34,205 nt of DNA from Christensenellaceae bacterium (GCA_031255215.1 JAIRSY010000040.1:1-34205); one strand, 5' to 3'. Positions 17,377-26,513 are shown, counted from the stretch's first letter. Made by a program: numbers and translations. Notes: generated by a model not told the origin, from the sequence alone.

Positions 17377-17892
17377 ATGTCTTCAAAATCAAAACGCAAA
17401 CATGCAAACAAGAATATCAACCGCCAAAACACCGGCGGCAATTTGAAGAAGGCCGCCACCCCCGCGTTATTAAATGACAAGTCACTTTCCCCCGGGGAAG
17501 TCACCGCCCCCGTCATTTTGTCCCCAAAAGAACTTAGGCAAAAACAACTTGACGAAAAACGCTCCGCTCAAACGGCACTCAAAGAAAAACGCAAATTGGA
17601 AAAGGAAAAGAAAAAAGAAGAAAAAACCAAAAATCCAAAAAAGAAACCTTTCGCGTGGATCGGGGAAATGATTGGGGAATTAAAAAAGGTCCACTGGCCG
17701 TCTTGGTCACAAACCGTCAAGGCGACCGCCGTCGTTTTCGCCGTTGTGTCCGTCTTCGCTATCGTCATTCTCGGTATCGATTATGTCATGAAATTACTCT
17801 ATGATTTACTTATTCAACCGACCGCAAATGTAAACTCAAATATGTCTTCCGTCATCGCAAATTTAATTCATTCAATCAAAGGAGGTAAATAA
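17377..17892 (+). CDS. secE: Preprotein translocase subunit SecE with a long Lys/Glu-rich N-terminal extension
   Basis: The C-terminal third, IGELKKVHWPSWSQTVKATAVVFAVVSVFAIVILGIDYVMKLL, matches the SecE core. A GAGGTG SD lies before the ATG at 17377. Located between rpmG and nusG. Confidence 0.8.
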   Translation: MSSKSKRKHANKNINRQNTGGNLKKAATPALLNDKSLSPGEVTAPVILSPKELRQKQLDEKRSAQTALKEKRKLEKEKKKEEKTKNPKKKPFAWIGEMIGELKKVHWPSWSQTVKATAVVFAVVSVFAIVILGIDYVMKLLYDLLIQPTANVNSNMSSVIANLIHSIKGGK

Positions 17893-17893
17893 A

Positions 17894-18469
17894 ATGCCCG
17901 AGGTATTTAATAACAGTTTCAATAACAGAATGGACAAAGAACCGCACTGGTATGCTCTCCACACTTTTAACGGCTACGAAGCCGTTGCCGAAAATAATTT
18001 GAAAAAACTTATCACAAAATATAATCTGCAAGAAAGAATTTTCGAAATCTATGTGCCAAAAGAAAATAAAATAGTCGAACGCAAAGATAAAAACGGAAAT
18101 GTTATAAAAAAGGCAATCGTTGAAGAAAGAAGTATGCCAACTTATCTCTTCGTAAAAATGATTTACGGCGACGATATTTGGCACACAATTACAAGAACAC
18201 GCGGCATAACCGGCTTCGTCGGCCCCAAAGGCCGTCCATTGCCGTTAAGTGAAAAAGACGTCAAAAATCTTAAACTTGAAAGAAAATTAAACCCCAATAT
18301 TAAAATCGCCAAAGATGATGTGGTGGAAATTTTAACCGGCATGCTTACGGGTCAAACCGCAAAGGTCGTCTCCGTCGACGAAACCGCAAGAACAATCTCC
18401 GTCAATGTCGTAATGTTTGGAAGAAACAACAAAATCGAGATAGGTTTAGACGATGTTCGGCTTATTTAA
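17894..18469 (+). CDS. nusG: Transcription termination/antitermination factor NusG
   Basis: HWYALHTFNGYE (NGN domain), KOW motif GQTAKVVSVD, and an AAAGGAGG SD. Confidence 0.9.
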   Translation: MPEVFNNSFNNRMDKEPHWYALHTFNGYEAVAENNLKKLITKYNLQERIFEIYVPKENKIVERKDKNGNVIKKAIVEERSMPTYLFVKMIYGDDIWHTITRTRGITGFVGPKGRPLPLSEKDVKNLKLERKLNPNIKIAKDDVVEILTGMLTGQTAKVVSVDETARTISVNVVMFGRNNKIEIGLDDVRLI

Positions 18470-19012
18470 CCCGTTCAATATAATCTTCTCTAACCGCTCT
18501 ATCGTCTCTTCGTCTCCCTCATCTTTTACAATGTAATCAAAATATTTACTGTCACCCATATATCTTTCATACTCTAAAAGACGCTTCTTAATCTCCTCTT
18601 CTTTGTCACCCCGCTTCCTCATCCTTCGTGCCGTCTCCTCTTTATCCGCATAAATAAAAATCGAACGCACATTTTCCTTCCCAAATTTCTTAATCAAAGC
18701 ACGAAGCCCTACGATATCACAATCCTTTATCGCAATCTTGCCCTTGTCCGTTATCTCTCTAATGAACTTCTCGCTCATGCCACGTTTACTTCCATGCGTG
18801 GTCGTATACTCAAAAATATCCCCCGTCCCAACCATTTCATCAAATTCAATATCGTTTACAAAATAATAAGGATTACCTTCACTCTCATGTCCACGCATTC
18901 CCCGCGTGGTAAAAGACGCCGCCTTTGCCAATCCATTTGGATACTTTTCAATCAACTTTTTTATGTAAAAGTCCTTTCCCGAACCTGCCGGCCCTTCAAT
19001 TGCTATTAACAT
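18446..19012 (-). CDS. gmk: Guanylate kinase-like nucleotide kinase
   Basis: P-loop GPAGSGK and SFTTRGMRGHESEGNPYYFV (TTR...Y-F-V guanylate kinase signature). Confidence 0.7.
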   Translation of the reverse strand: MLIAIEGPAGSGKDFYIKKLIEKYPNGLAKAASFTTRGMRGHESEGNPYYFVNDIEFDEMVGTGDIFEYTTTHGSKRGMSEKFIREITDKGKIAIKDCDIVGLRALIKKFGKENVRSIFIYADKEETARRMRKRGDKEEEIKKRLLEYERYMGDSKYFDYIVKDEGDEETIERLEKIILNGLNKPNIV

Positions 19013-19083
19013 TTTTGCCTCCCAAACTATCGCGACAAGTATAACATATCAACAAAACTTAATCAAACAAAAAAAACGATTCA

Positions 19084-19350
19084 TTATTGCCCCACATCAA
19101 GTTTATCATATTCAAATTCATTACAATCTATAAATTCCTTTAATGATATACCAAAACCATTCGCCAATTTAATTATAGTTGTAAAAGTCACGGTCTTGTT
19201 TCTATCTTTTAATATAAAGTCCATTTGAGAATGCTGTATATCGCTATTTATTTCTAAACGATATTGCGTTATACATTTCAACTTCAAAAGTTCACGGATA
19301 CGCTTTGCGACCGCTTGATTGACGGTTAATACCTCCTGCCCATGTTTCAC
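19084..19350 (-). CDS. XRE-family helix-turn-helix transcriptional regulator
   Basis: 88 aa with AKRIRELLKLKCITQYRLE...TTIIKLANGFGISLKEFI. GTG start; the exact start is uncertain. Confidence 0.7.
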   Translation of the reverse strand: MKHGQEVLTVNQAVAKRIRELLKLKCITQYRLEINSDIQHSQMDFILKDRNKTVTFTTIIKLANGFGISLKEFIDCNEFEYDKLDVGQ

Positions 19351-19367
19351 AAGAATATTTTACAAAA

Positions 19368-19399
19368 TTACGACACAATTGTTACGACACAATTGTGTC
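19368..19399. promoter_or_regulatory. Candidate operator: perfect 14-bp tandem direct repeat ending in a 14-bp palindrome
   Basis: TTACGACACAATTG at 19368-19381 and again at 19382-19395. GACACAATTGTGTC at 19386-19399 is a perfect palindrome. The element lies between the divergent XRE gene and the secreted-protein gene. Confidence 0.6.
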
Positions 19400-19476
19400 T
19401 AAAAAGTTATTGACAAGGATAATAAAAACATGCGATACTATGGTGTCGCAATCTGCGAAAATAAAGGAGAAAAATT

Positions 19477-19962
19477 ATGAATAATTTTGCAAGAGCAATG
19501 ACCTTGGTAGCTTTATTGGCTGCCACAGGGGTTAAAAAAGAAGGAGTTCAAGCACAAGAAATGCCGGTAAGACCGCGGCAAGCAAAGGAAGTTTCGATCC
19601 CAAAAAGTGGATTTGATTCACGTCCGCAATTTAAGAAAGTTGATGAAAACAAATATGTGGTCCAAAGATCTTTATTTGATGGGCAAGTGATACAAGTTAT
19701 TGAATATAACGATAATGACGCAAGCGGTTGGTTAAGTGCCGGCGATACAAAGTTCACCGATGAATATCATAAACTTGTCGACGGAAAAACTATAAGGGCA
19801 ATGACAATAGGCGAAACATTTTTAGATGATGAAAATACACGAGAAGATTTTAGAGACAGCACACTCTATTCTGTAAGCAGTGAAGAAGGAAAAGCAATTT
19901 TGAATGAATTTGAACGTGTAAAAATTGAAAGTACACAACAATCTAATGATTTAGAAAAATAA
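19477..19962 (+). CDS. Secreted hypothetical protein
   Basis: 161 aa with an AAAGGAGAA SD. Signal-peptide-like N-terminus MNNFARAMTLVALLAATG...VQA-QE. I recognise no domain. Confidence 0.55.
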   Translation: MNNFARAMTLVALLAATGVKKEGVQAQEMPVRPRQAKEVSIPKSGFDSRPQFKKVDENKYVVQRSLFDGQVIQVIEYNDNDASGWLSAGDTKFTDEYHKLVDGKTIRAMTIGETFLDDENTREDFRDSTLYSVSSEEGKAILNEFERVKIESTQQSNDLEK

Positions 19963-20076
19963 CCCGATTTTATTTTACTTTTTATCCCTACCCTATATCT
20001 TGGTATTATCGCGATCGCAATCACCACAATATATAGATATACCCGACACAAAAACAACTCTATCGTCCTTACTTCA

Positions 20077-21249
20077 TTACTTCTTACTTTCTATTATCCT
20101 TTCGTATTCTTTCATCATGTCTTTGACTATATCATTCCATGTGCGATAAATGTCCCTAAAGGCATTGTCCCCCAACTCCTTCAATAAAACTTCATTATTA
20201 AGTAATTCAAAAACCGCCAACGCAAACTTTTTTTCGTCATTTTCGGCATGAAAACTGTTTACACCGTGTGCCGTCATCGACGCCGTCGCCGCCCCCTTCA
20301 AAAAAACGGTCGGGGTTTTTTGACTTGCCGCCTCAATTTGCACAATCGAATTCGCATCATAAAGTGACGGAAATAAAAATAAGTCCGCACGTGCGAAAAT
20401 CTTCTTTAATCGCTCCCTATCGTCTACCTTCCCCGTCCAAATAATATCCGGATATAAATCAAGCCGCTCGCACATTTTTTTTAATTTAATCTCGTCCTTG
20501 CCGTATCCAACAAAAAACATCTTGAATTTTCCGCCAACCTTCTTCAACTCATTCAATGAATTTATTAAAAAAACTAAGTTCTTTAATACTGAAATTCTCC
20601 CCACAAACAACAATACTTTGTCATCACGTTCAAGCCCGTATAACTTATCAATATCTCTCTTCGCTGCCTCAAAATCTTTGACCGGTGTCATCTCCGTCGC
20701 GTTAAACATAATCTTCGGCTCCCTCTTATATCCATAATCCACAAACAATTTCGCTATCGCAGGGTTGACCGCGTAACATTCATCACACGCATTATAAACC
20801 TTTATGATATGCCTAATACAAAACTTTTGAAGAAGTTTAATCTTCGTGAATCTTTCAAAATCTCTATGAAATTGAGAATGCATGGAAATTACCACCGGAA
20901 TTTTGTTCTTCTTCGCAAACTTTAACCCCGCATGCCCCATTCCAAACGGTGAATGAAGATGAACAATGTCAAAATTGTACCCACTTAACGTCCGTTTGAA
21001 TTTGCCGTCAAGTCTCGGCACGGGCACATCATAATCAATACGGTAAAAACTCTTTAATAGCCGCGAGGTTTTCACCCTTACAACTTTGAACGGATAAATG
21101 CTGTCATCATATTTTACTTTCTTGTTCGCTTTCGGTGCAAATACCACAACTTCATTGCCCTTCGACATCAAACGGGCATAATTGTCCACAACCAAAATAA
21201 CCCCGTCCTTCCAAGGATGAAATGAATCATTAAAAAAAGCGATCCTCAT
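20077..21249 (-). CDS. Family-4-type (GT-B) glycosyltransferase
   Basis: MRIAFFNDSFHPWKDGV N-terminus, and a C-terminal half with LLFVGRI...FPSLYDANSIVQIEAAS (E-x7-E-like region). I place the start at the ATG at 21249, 9 nt after a GGGAG SD. Confidence 0.7.
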   Translation of the reverse strand: MRIAFFNDSFHPWKDGVILVVDNYARLMSKGNEVVVFAPKANKKVKYDDSIYPFKVVRVKTSRLLKSFYRIDYDVPVPRLDGKFKRTLSGYNFDIVHLHSPFGMGHAGLKFAKKNKIPVVISMHSQFHRDFERFTKIKLLQKFCIRHIIKVYNACDECYAVNPAIAKLFVDYGYKREPKIMFNATEMTPVKDFEAAKRDIDKLYGLERDDKVLLFVGRISVLKNLVFLINSLNELKKVGGKFKMFFVGYGKDEIKLKKMCERLDLYPDIIWTGKVDDRERLKKIFARADLFLFPSLYDANSIVQIEAASQKTPTVFLKGAATASMTAHGVNSFHAENDEKKFALAVFELLNNEVLLKELGDNAFRDIYRTWNDIVKDMMKEYERIIESKK

Positions 21250-21295
21250 TAACGGAATCTCCCGCAATATAACCTTTTCATATGTTACCTAAAGT

Positions 21296-21898
21296 CTACA
21301 CCAATTTCTTCAAACCGTCAAAATCTTTTTTCGCAAAACTCCCCACCACTATCATGTCAACCGGATACTTTTTTATAAATTTTATCGTCTTATCGTTAAT
21401 CCCTCCGTCAATAATAATTTTAATCTTTGGATTGATTCTTTTTATCTGTTTGATTTTTGTAAGTCCACGCTTGTTGAACGGCCGCCCGGAATCCCCCACC
21501 GCAACCGTCATAACTGTGCAGTAATCACAAAGCTTTATGTCCTCCCTAAACCTCTCGATATCATTTGTCATTAAATCAAATACAAGCCCGCCCTTCGTCC
21601 ACCGCTTTATTTCATTCAATTTAATAATCGGGGTCTGCCCCGCCATGACACCCTCCGCATGCACCGACACTGACTTGAATCGATACTTCGAAAAACTTTC
21701 AACGTCATCTACTAATGAATGAACATGAATTGAAACCCTATTGGCAAATTCTCCCACAAAATTAAGAAGACCCGGGTTCTCGTAAAAATAATCAAAATGT
21801 ATTGAATATCTCCCATTTTTAATTATTCGTTCAATATAATCTTTAAGAATATCGCTGTCCTCATCAAAAAATGGCTGAATAGAAACGGATATTTCCAT
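21296..21898 (-). CDS. Divergent ribulose-phosphate 3-epimerase-like TIM-barrel protein
   Basis: IHFDYF, IHVHSLV, SVHAEG, VMTVAVGDSGRPF, IIIDGGIN and VVGSFA line up with the Rpe strand-end motifs. A GGGGGAGG SD is present. Confidence 0.5.
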   Translation of the reverse strand: MEISVSIQPFFDEDSDILKDYIERIIKNGRYSIHFDYFYENPGLLNFVGEFANRVSIHVHSLVDDVESFSKYRFKSVSVHAEGVMAGQTPIIKLNEIKRWTKGGLVFDLMTNDIERFREDIKLCDYCTVMTVAVGDSGRPFNKRGLTKIKQIKRINPKIKIIIDGGINDKTIKFIKKYPVDMIVVGSFAKKDFDGLKKLV

Positions 21899-22056
21899 AA
21901 ATTTATTCCTCCCCCACCCCTTTGATTATAAACTTAAATCTAAAATATACAAACCAATATTTCAAAGAATATTGTAAGACACGGCATAATTACACTCGGG
22001 CGACCGAATTCAAGTCCGCGGTTCGATAAAGCATCAACGCAATTGTGCCGCACCGC

Positions 22057-22899
22057 CTACTCTATCTTTCTTCCTAAAAATTGAGTATAATAATAAATGT
22101 ATTGCTGTGCAACCCCTCCAAATCTGCCGAAATATTTCTCCATCTCTGCCGCGGTCCCCTTTATCGTCCTCTCTTTACTTTCAATAAATTTTTCCGCCGA
22201 TTTTAATATCCATCTATCTACCGGCATAATATCAAGACGATGAAAAGCGAACAGCATTATGCACCGTGCGACCTTATCACCAACCCCACTCAACCTTATT
22301 AACCGCTCATAAAGTCCTTCATTGTTTAATTGACAAAGTTCATCAAAAGAAATGTCCTTTAACATCAAAACGGTTTTTAATAGATATAAAGACCGATAAC
22401 CGCACCCCAACGACCGCCAATCATCAACCGTAATACCTTCCAATCTCTCCAACAAAGGAAACCCGAAGTATTCATGCCCCCGAAAATTCAACCTCTTCCC
22501 ATACCTCTTACATAACAAATCAATACTCCCCTTGATTCGCTTTATACTATTATTTGCCGATATTATAAAGGAAATGACCGTCTCAACAAAATTACCGCGT
22601 AAAATTCGCACACCGTCACATGCTTGAAGAATGTCCGTATTTAATAAAATGGTCTTTTGAATTTCCTTGTATGAAAAATCAACATCCCCCTTGCCGTATA
22701 AATCCGCCGCCAAATCAAAATAATTTTCAAAATAAAGGTCATTCGTCGACAAAATCTTATCTTCTTCAACAATCGCATATTCACATCCCGAAATAAAGTG
22801 TATTCCGCCGCCCTTAATTTCGGCACGGAAAACCTGCCCGCTGTTCGCAATTGATGCGGCGTTGAAATGTTCAATCTCACTTATGTCTATCACCTTCAT
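22057..22899 (-). CDS. HhH-GPD DNA glycosylase, Ogg-like (8-oxoguanine DNA glycosylase/AP lyase type)
   Basis: LSGVGDKVARCIMLFAF...MPVDRW gives the helix-hairpin-helix, Lys and Asp. The N-terminal SIANSGQVFR is as in clostridial Ogg. Confidence 0.65.
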   Translation of the reverse strand: MKVIDISEIEHFNAASIANSGQVFRAEIKGGGIHFISGCEYAIVEEDKILSTNDLYFENYFDLAADLYGKGDVDFSYKEIQKTILLNTDILQACDGVRILRGNFVETVISFIISANNSIKRIKGSIDLLCKRYGKRLNFRGHEYFGFPLLERLEGITVDDWRSLGCGYRSLYLLKTVLMLKDISFDELCQLNNEGLYERLIRLSGVGDKVARCIMLFAFHRLDIMPVDRWILKSAEKFIESKERTIKGTAAEMEKYFGRFGGVAQQYIYYYTQFLGRKIE

Positions 22900-22905
22900 G
22901 CCCCT

Positions 22906-23991
22906 TCACTTCAAAATTTGATTGCATTCCATCGCTATCTCTAACTCTTCATTTGTCGGTATTACAAGCCTTTTCACGTTTGGTAAATAATCAAAATGGG
23001 TCATTGCCATATCAACAATCCACGGCCGGTTCACCCCTACACCGCCCGTCCAAACAATCGCATCGCATCCACCCATTTCCGCGATAAAAGCCCCTATGTA
23101 TTTCACTAAACTGTTGACAAAAACGGACACCGCTATCTCCGCCCGCTCATTCTTGCCAAATTCCCGCTCAATATCACGCATATCATTTGATTTTCCAAAG
23201 AGGCCCAAAAGCCCGCATTTTTTGTTTAGATAATCCAAGCATTCGTCAACCGAAAACTTATGTTTCTTGCATAAAACCGGCACAACCGACACGTCAAGAT
23301 CCCCACACCTTGTCCCCATTACAACACCCGCAAGAGGAGTAAAACCCATCGACGTGTCAACCGATTTTCCGCCGTCAACCGCACAAATACTTGCCCCGCT
23401 TCCAATATGACAGGTCACAATCTTTAACTGCTCTATCGGTTTGTTAAGGACTTTCGCCGCCTCCCTTGAAACATAACCGTGACTTGTGCCATGAAATCCG
23501 TATTTCCTAATTCCATAATTTTGATAGTCCTCATAGGCAAGCCCGTATAAAAATGCACTTCGCGGCATGGTCGAATGAAACGCCGTATCAAAAACCAAAA
23601 CGTTGCGAATGGCGGGCATAATCTTCATGCATTCCCTAACACCTAAAATGTTTGCAGGATTATGTAAGGGTGCCAAATAAGAAATCTTGTCCAATTCCAA
23701 TAAAACCTTCTCCGTTGCGACAACCGGCTTCGTCCATTTTTCACCCCCATGAACAACACGATGCCCAATACAATCAATTTTAATGTCGCCGAGAAGCTCA
23801 AACATCTTCCTGATCGCCATGCCGTGATTTTCGCACGCAAACTTCGTCTCCCCGGACTTACCAAACTCATAAAACGCACCTTTCTCCCCTATCTTTTCAA
23901 TCGCACCTTTAATTTCCGTGACTTCATTTTTCGTATCAATAATTCTAAATTTAAGCGTCGAAGACCCACTGTTCACTACTAAAACTTTCAT
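22906..23991 (-). CDS. ackA: Acetate kinase (short, 361 aa)
   Basis: MKVLVVNSGSSTLKF, HRVVHGG, GFHGTSH, TCHIGSGAS, IPTNEELEIA. I place the start at the ATG at 23991; the upstream in-frame extension is hydrophobic nonsense that overlaps the promoter. Confidence 0.9.
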   Translation of the reverse strand: MKVLVVNSGSSTLKFRIIDTKNEVTEIKGAIEKIGEKGAFYEFGKSGETKFACENHGMAIRKMFELLGDIKIDCIGHRVVHGGEKWTKPVVATEKVLLELDKISYLAPLHNPANILGVRECMKIMPAIRNVLVFDTAFHSTMPRSAFLYGLAYEDYQNYGIRKYGFHGTSHGYVSREAAKVLNKPIEQLKIVTCHIGSGASICAVDGGKSVDTSMGFTPLAGVVMGTRCGDLDVSVVPVLCKKHKFSVDECLDYLNKKCGLLGLFGKSNDMRDIEREFGKNERAEIAVSVFVNSLVKYIGAFIAEMGGCDAIVWTGGVGVNRPWIVDMAMTHFDYLPNVKRLVIPTNEELEIAMECNQILK

Positions 23992-23997
23992 GACCTT

Positions 23998-24026
23998 GAT
24001 ATACCATACAATACAATTAAATGCAA
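23998..24026 (-). promoter_or_regulatory. ackA promoter abutting the start codon (leaderless-type)
   Basis: On the minus strand: TTGCAT (24026-24021), 17-nt spacer, TATATC (24003-23998), then 6 nt before the ATG at 23991. Confidence 0.45.
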
Positions 24027-24054
24027 CGGATAAAAAAAATAATCGTTTTTTCGC

Positions 24055-24083
24055 ATGACAAAAATAATGCACCATGCTATCAT
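24055..24083 (+). promoter_or_regulatory. upp promoter abutting the start codon (leaderless-type)
   Basis: ATGACA (24055-24060), 17-nt spacer, TATCAT (24078-24083), then 6 nt before the ATG at 24090. No SD. Confidence 0.5.
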
Positions 24084-24089
24084 GGAAAA

Positions 24090-24725
24090 ATGGACAAAAC
24101 GAATGTTAAAATAATCAAACACCCACTTCTATCTCACAAGGTAGCATTACTTCGGGATTATAAAACCTCCACAAAGGAATTTCGCGAACTTGTTGAGGAA
24201 ATTTCCGTGTTGATGGGATATGAGGCACTCCGCGATTTGCCGCTTCAAACAATAACCGTCAAGACACCCCTTGAAGAATGTCGGCAGGATATAGTATGTG
24301 ATGATTGCGTGGCGATAATCCCCATTCTGCGGGCGGGATTGGGTATGGTCGAGGGCATTTTGAAACTTATCCCCACCGCCAAAATTGGACACATAGGTCT
24401 TTATCGTGATCATGATACCTGTAAACCGATAGAGTATTATTGCAAACTCCCCGAAAAAATGAATAAAAAAACCGCGATTATCGTTGACCCCATGCTTGCA
24501 ACCGGACAAAGTGTCATCAAGGCAATTTCGTTGGTAAAGGCGTCCGGCTGCCAAAAAATCAAATTGATATCAATAATAGCCGCACCGGAAGGAATAGACG
24601 CGGTAAGCAAGGCACATCCGGATGTTTTGGTATACCTTGCAAATCAAGACAGAAAACTCAACGAAAAATATTACATTCTCCCCGGTTTGGGTGATGCCGG
24701 CGACCGAATTTTCGGCACGGAATAA
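24090..24725 (+). CDS. upp: Uracil phosphoribosyltransferase
   Basis: 211 aa from the ATG at 24090. IKHPLLSHKVALLRD, IPILRAGLGM, and PRPP loop IIVDPMLATGQS. Confidence 0.9.
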   Translation: MDKTNVKIIKHPLLSHKVALLRDYKTSTKEFRELVEEISVLMGYEALRDLPLQTITVKTPLEECRQDIVCDDCVAIIPILRAGLGMVEGILKLIPTAKIGHIGLYRDHDTCKPIEYYCKLPEKMNKKTAIIVDPMLATGQSVIKAISLVKASGCQKIKLISIIAAPEGIDAVSKAHPDVLVYLANQDRKLNEKYYILPGLGDAGDRIFGTE

Positions 24726-24766
24726 ACCGCACACAACAAAAACGCCTTTCTCAAATTGCCGCGGGT

Positions 24767-25324
24767 TCACGCCGTCTCATCGATTGGATATGGTTTTTTA
24801 TCCGCGAAATGAAACAATAAGAAAAAATAAACCGCAAATCCAAATAAATACCAGCCCCAAACTTCAACACTGACCTTCAAATACATAAAATTCTTTTCAA
24901 TCCCAAACGCCCCGTAAATGATGTCGCCTATTACCGCCCAACAAATCATAATTACCATTCCCAACGGCACCTGCCACGACCGTTTTCTTTCAAACCGAAA
25001 GTCCTTTATTAAATAAATATCCAATAAAGGTATTAAAATCAAAAGAAAATGAGTAATCAAACTCTCATATGCCATAAAAGTATTTTGCCAGTCGAAATAA
25101 AATTCATTTGCAACCAAAGAAAGTATCCCTCCCAAAATCGACATTGCATAGACGGAGGTTTTTAATTCCACAAGGTTAAATAAGACAACGAACGGTAAAA
25201 AAAACGCCATGACATTGCACAGATGAAAGGGAAATTCACCCTCCATAATTTGCTCAAACGTATGCACTATTAAAACGGCCGCCGCCAAACCGTAAACAAC
25301 GATTCGCTTCACATTTAGCCGCAC
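24767..25324 (-). CDS. Integral membrane protein, second YwaF/TIGR02206-like paralogue
   Basis: 185-aa all-hydrophobic ORF with FPFHLCNVMAFFLPF, 3 nt downstream of rpmF. Confidence 0.45.
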   Translation of the reverse strand: MRLNVKRIVVYGLAAAVLIVHTFEQIMEGEFPFHLCNVMAFFLPFVVLFNLVELKTSVYAMSILGGILSLVANEFYFDWQNTFMAYESLITHFLLILIPLLDIYLIKDFRFERKRSWQVPLGMVIMICWAVIGDIIYGAFGIEKNFMYLKVSVEVWGWYLFGFAVYFFLLFHFADKKPYPIDETA

Positions 25325-25327
25325 CGC

Positions 25328-25540
25328 TTATTTCGCCTCTTGTTTCTTGGCCTTTTTATCCGTTCTCGTCTCTATACGCTTTATACCCTTATAATAACCG
25401 CAACGATTACAAACCGTATGAGGGAAAATCTTCTCGTGACAATTTTGACACTCCGTCAAGGTCGGCACACTCAACTTTGAATTATTATTTTGACGAGTTT
25501 TGGTCCGTGCTTTACTTTGTTTCCACTTTGGAACAGCCAT
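25328..25540 (-). CDS. rpmF: 50S ribosomal protein L32
   Basis: MAVPKWKQSKARTKTR N-terminus, zinc ribbon CQNC...CNRCGYY, and an AAAGGAGAA SD. Confidence 0.9.
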   Translation of the reverse strand: MAVPKWKQSKARTKTRQNNNSKLSVPTLTECQNCHEKIFPHTVCNRCGYYKGIKRIETRTDKKAKKQEAK

Positions 25541-25739
25541 TTTATTTTCTCCTTTTTGTCAAATGAAACCATAAAACAATTAAAATATAAGTTTTAATTA
25601 CACTTTACGGCACAAACACAATAGCACAAAACACAAGTCTTGTAAAGACAAAAATATAAATTCAATTTTGTATCCGGCAAAAAACACGTTTCATTTACCA
25701 AAGGCGTATTTTTTCAACGTCCGGCGTATAATAATTGTT

Positions 25740-26513
25740 GTGGGAATTATTGCCGCAATCATTTTGGGACTTCTTCAAGGAATTGCCGAGTTTTTGCCCG
25801 TGTCGTCAAGCGGACACCTGCTTCTATTTCAATATTTTTTTGAAATTGAACGCGGCGGAATGCTTTTCGATATTATCTTACATGTCGCAACATTATTTGC
25901 CGTCATCGTAGTTTACCGCAAAAGGTTAAGACTGCTTCTCACATGGAAAATGGTTATTGCAACGGCGATCACTTGTATATTTGTCTTATTATTTAAGAAC
26001 TTAATAGATAAAACATTTAATATAAAGTTTCTTCCGTTTGCGTTCATGCTTACCGCCGTTGTTTTAATCCTGCCAAGTTTAATCAAAAAAAATGCTGCCT
26101 CAATAACAACAAATCATAATAATGACGGCAAAGACATTCCAAAGCGAAAGAAAATCCCGCCGGAATACATTATGGGTTTGGCCCAGGGCATAGCGGTTGT
26201 TCCCGCATTTTCAAGGTCGGGTTTTACAATTACCGCGGGACAATTGGCAGGAATGGAAAGGACCGAAGCGGCGGATTTTTCGTTCTTGATGTCGATTCCA
26301 ATCATTTTGGCGTCTCTCCTCTATGAAATCATCTCCGGCGGCGGCTTCGGCTCTATTGAACCTCTGCCCATGATTATTGGATTCATCGCCGCCTTTTTAT
26401 CGGGGATTTTTGCAATCAAGTTTATGCTTACAATCATAAAAAAAATAGATTTAAGATGGTTCTCCCTTTATTTATTCGCTTTAAGCATCACCTTGTTTGT
26501 TTTGTTTTTTTGA
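25740..26513 (+). CDS. uppP: Undecaprenyl-diphosphate phosphatase
   Basis: LLQGIAEFLPVSSSGHL, PAFSRSGFTI, polytopic. The ORF track starts at a TTG at 25668. I prefer the GTG at 25740 (usual N-terminal length; TATAAT 25727-25732 sits 7 nt upstream), but the start is uncertain. Confidence 0.8.
   Translation: MGIIAAIILGLLQGIAEFLPVSSSGHLLLFQYFFEIERGGMLFDIILHVATLFAVIVVYRKRLRLLLTWKMVIATAITCIFVLLFKNLIDKTFNIKFLPFAFMLTAVVLILPSLIKKNAASITTNHNNDGKDIPKRKKIPPEYIMGLAQGIAVVPAFSRSGFTITAGQLAGMERTEAADFSFLMSIPIILASLLYEIISGGGFGSIEPLPMIIGFIAAFLSGIFAIKFMLTIIKKIDLRWFSLYLFALSITLFVLFF

Noticed and set aside
17151-17477. 108-aa ORF from the six-frame track (TTG start).
   Set aside because: It overlaps, out of frame, the unmistakable L33 gene (17201-17368) and the start of secE. 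It has no SD and an implausible sequence.
20011-20018. GCGATCGC, the HIP1-type palindrome.
   Set aside because: It occurs only once in the window, so there is no evidence of iteration.
21995-22045. GGTTCGAT (22020-22027), reminiscent of a tRNA T-loop, in the ogg / rpe-like intergenic region.
   Set aside because: No complementary T-stem, acceptor stem or anticodon arm can be drawn on either strand.
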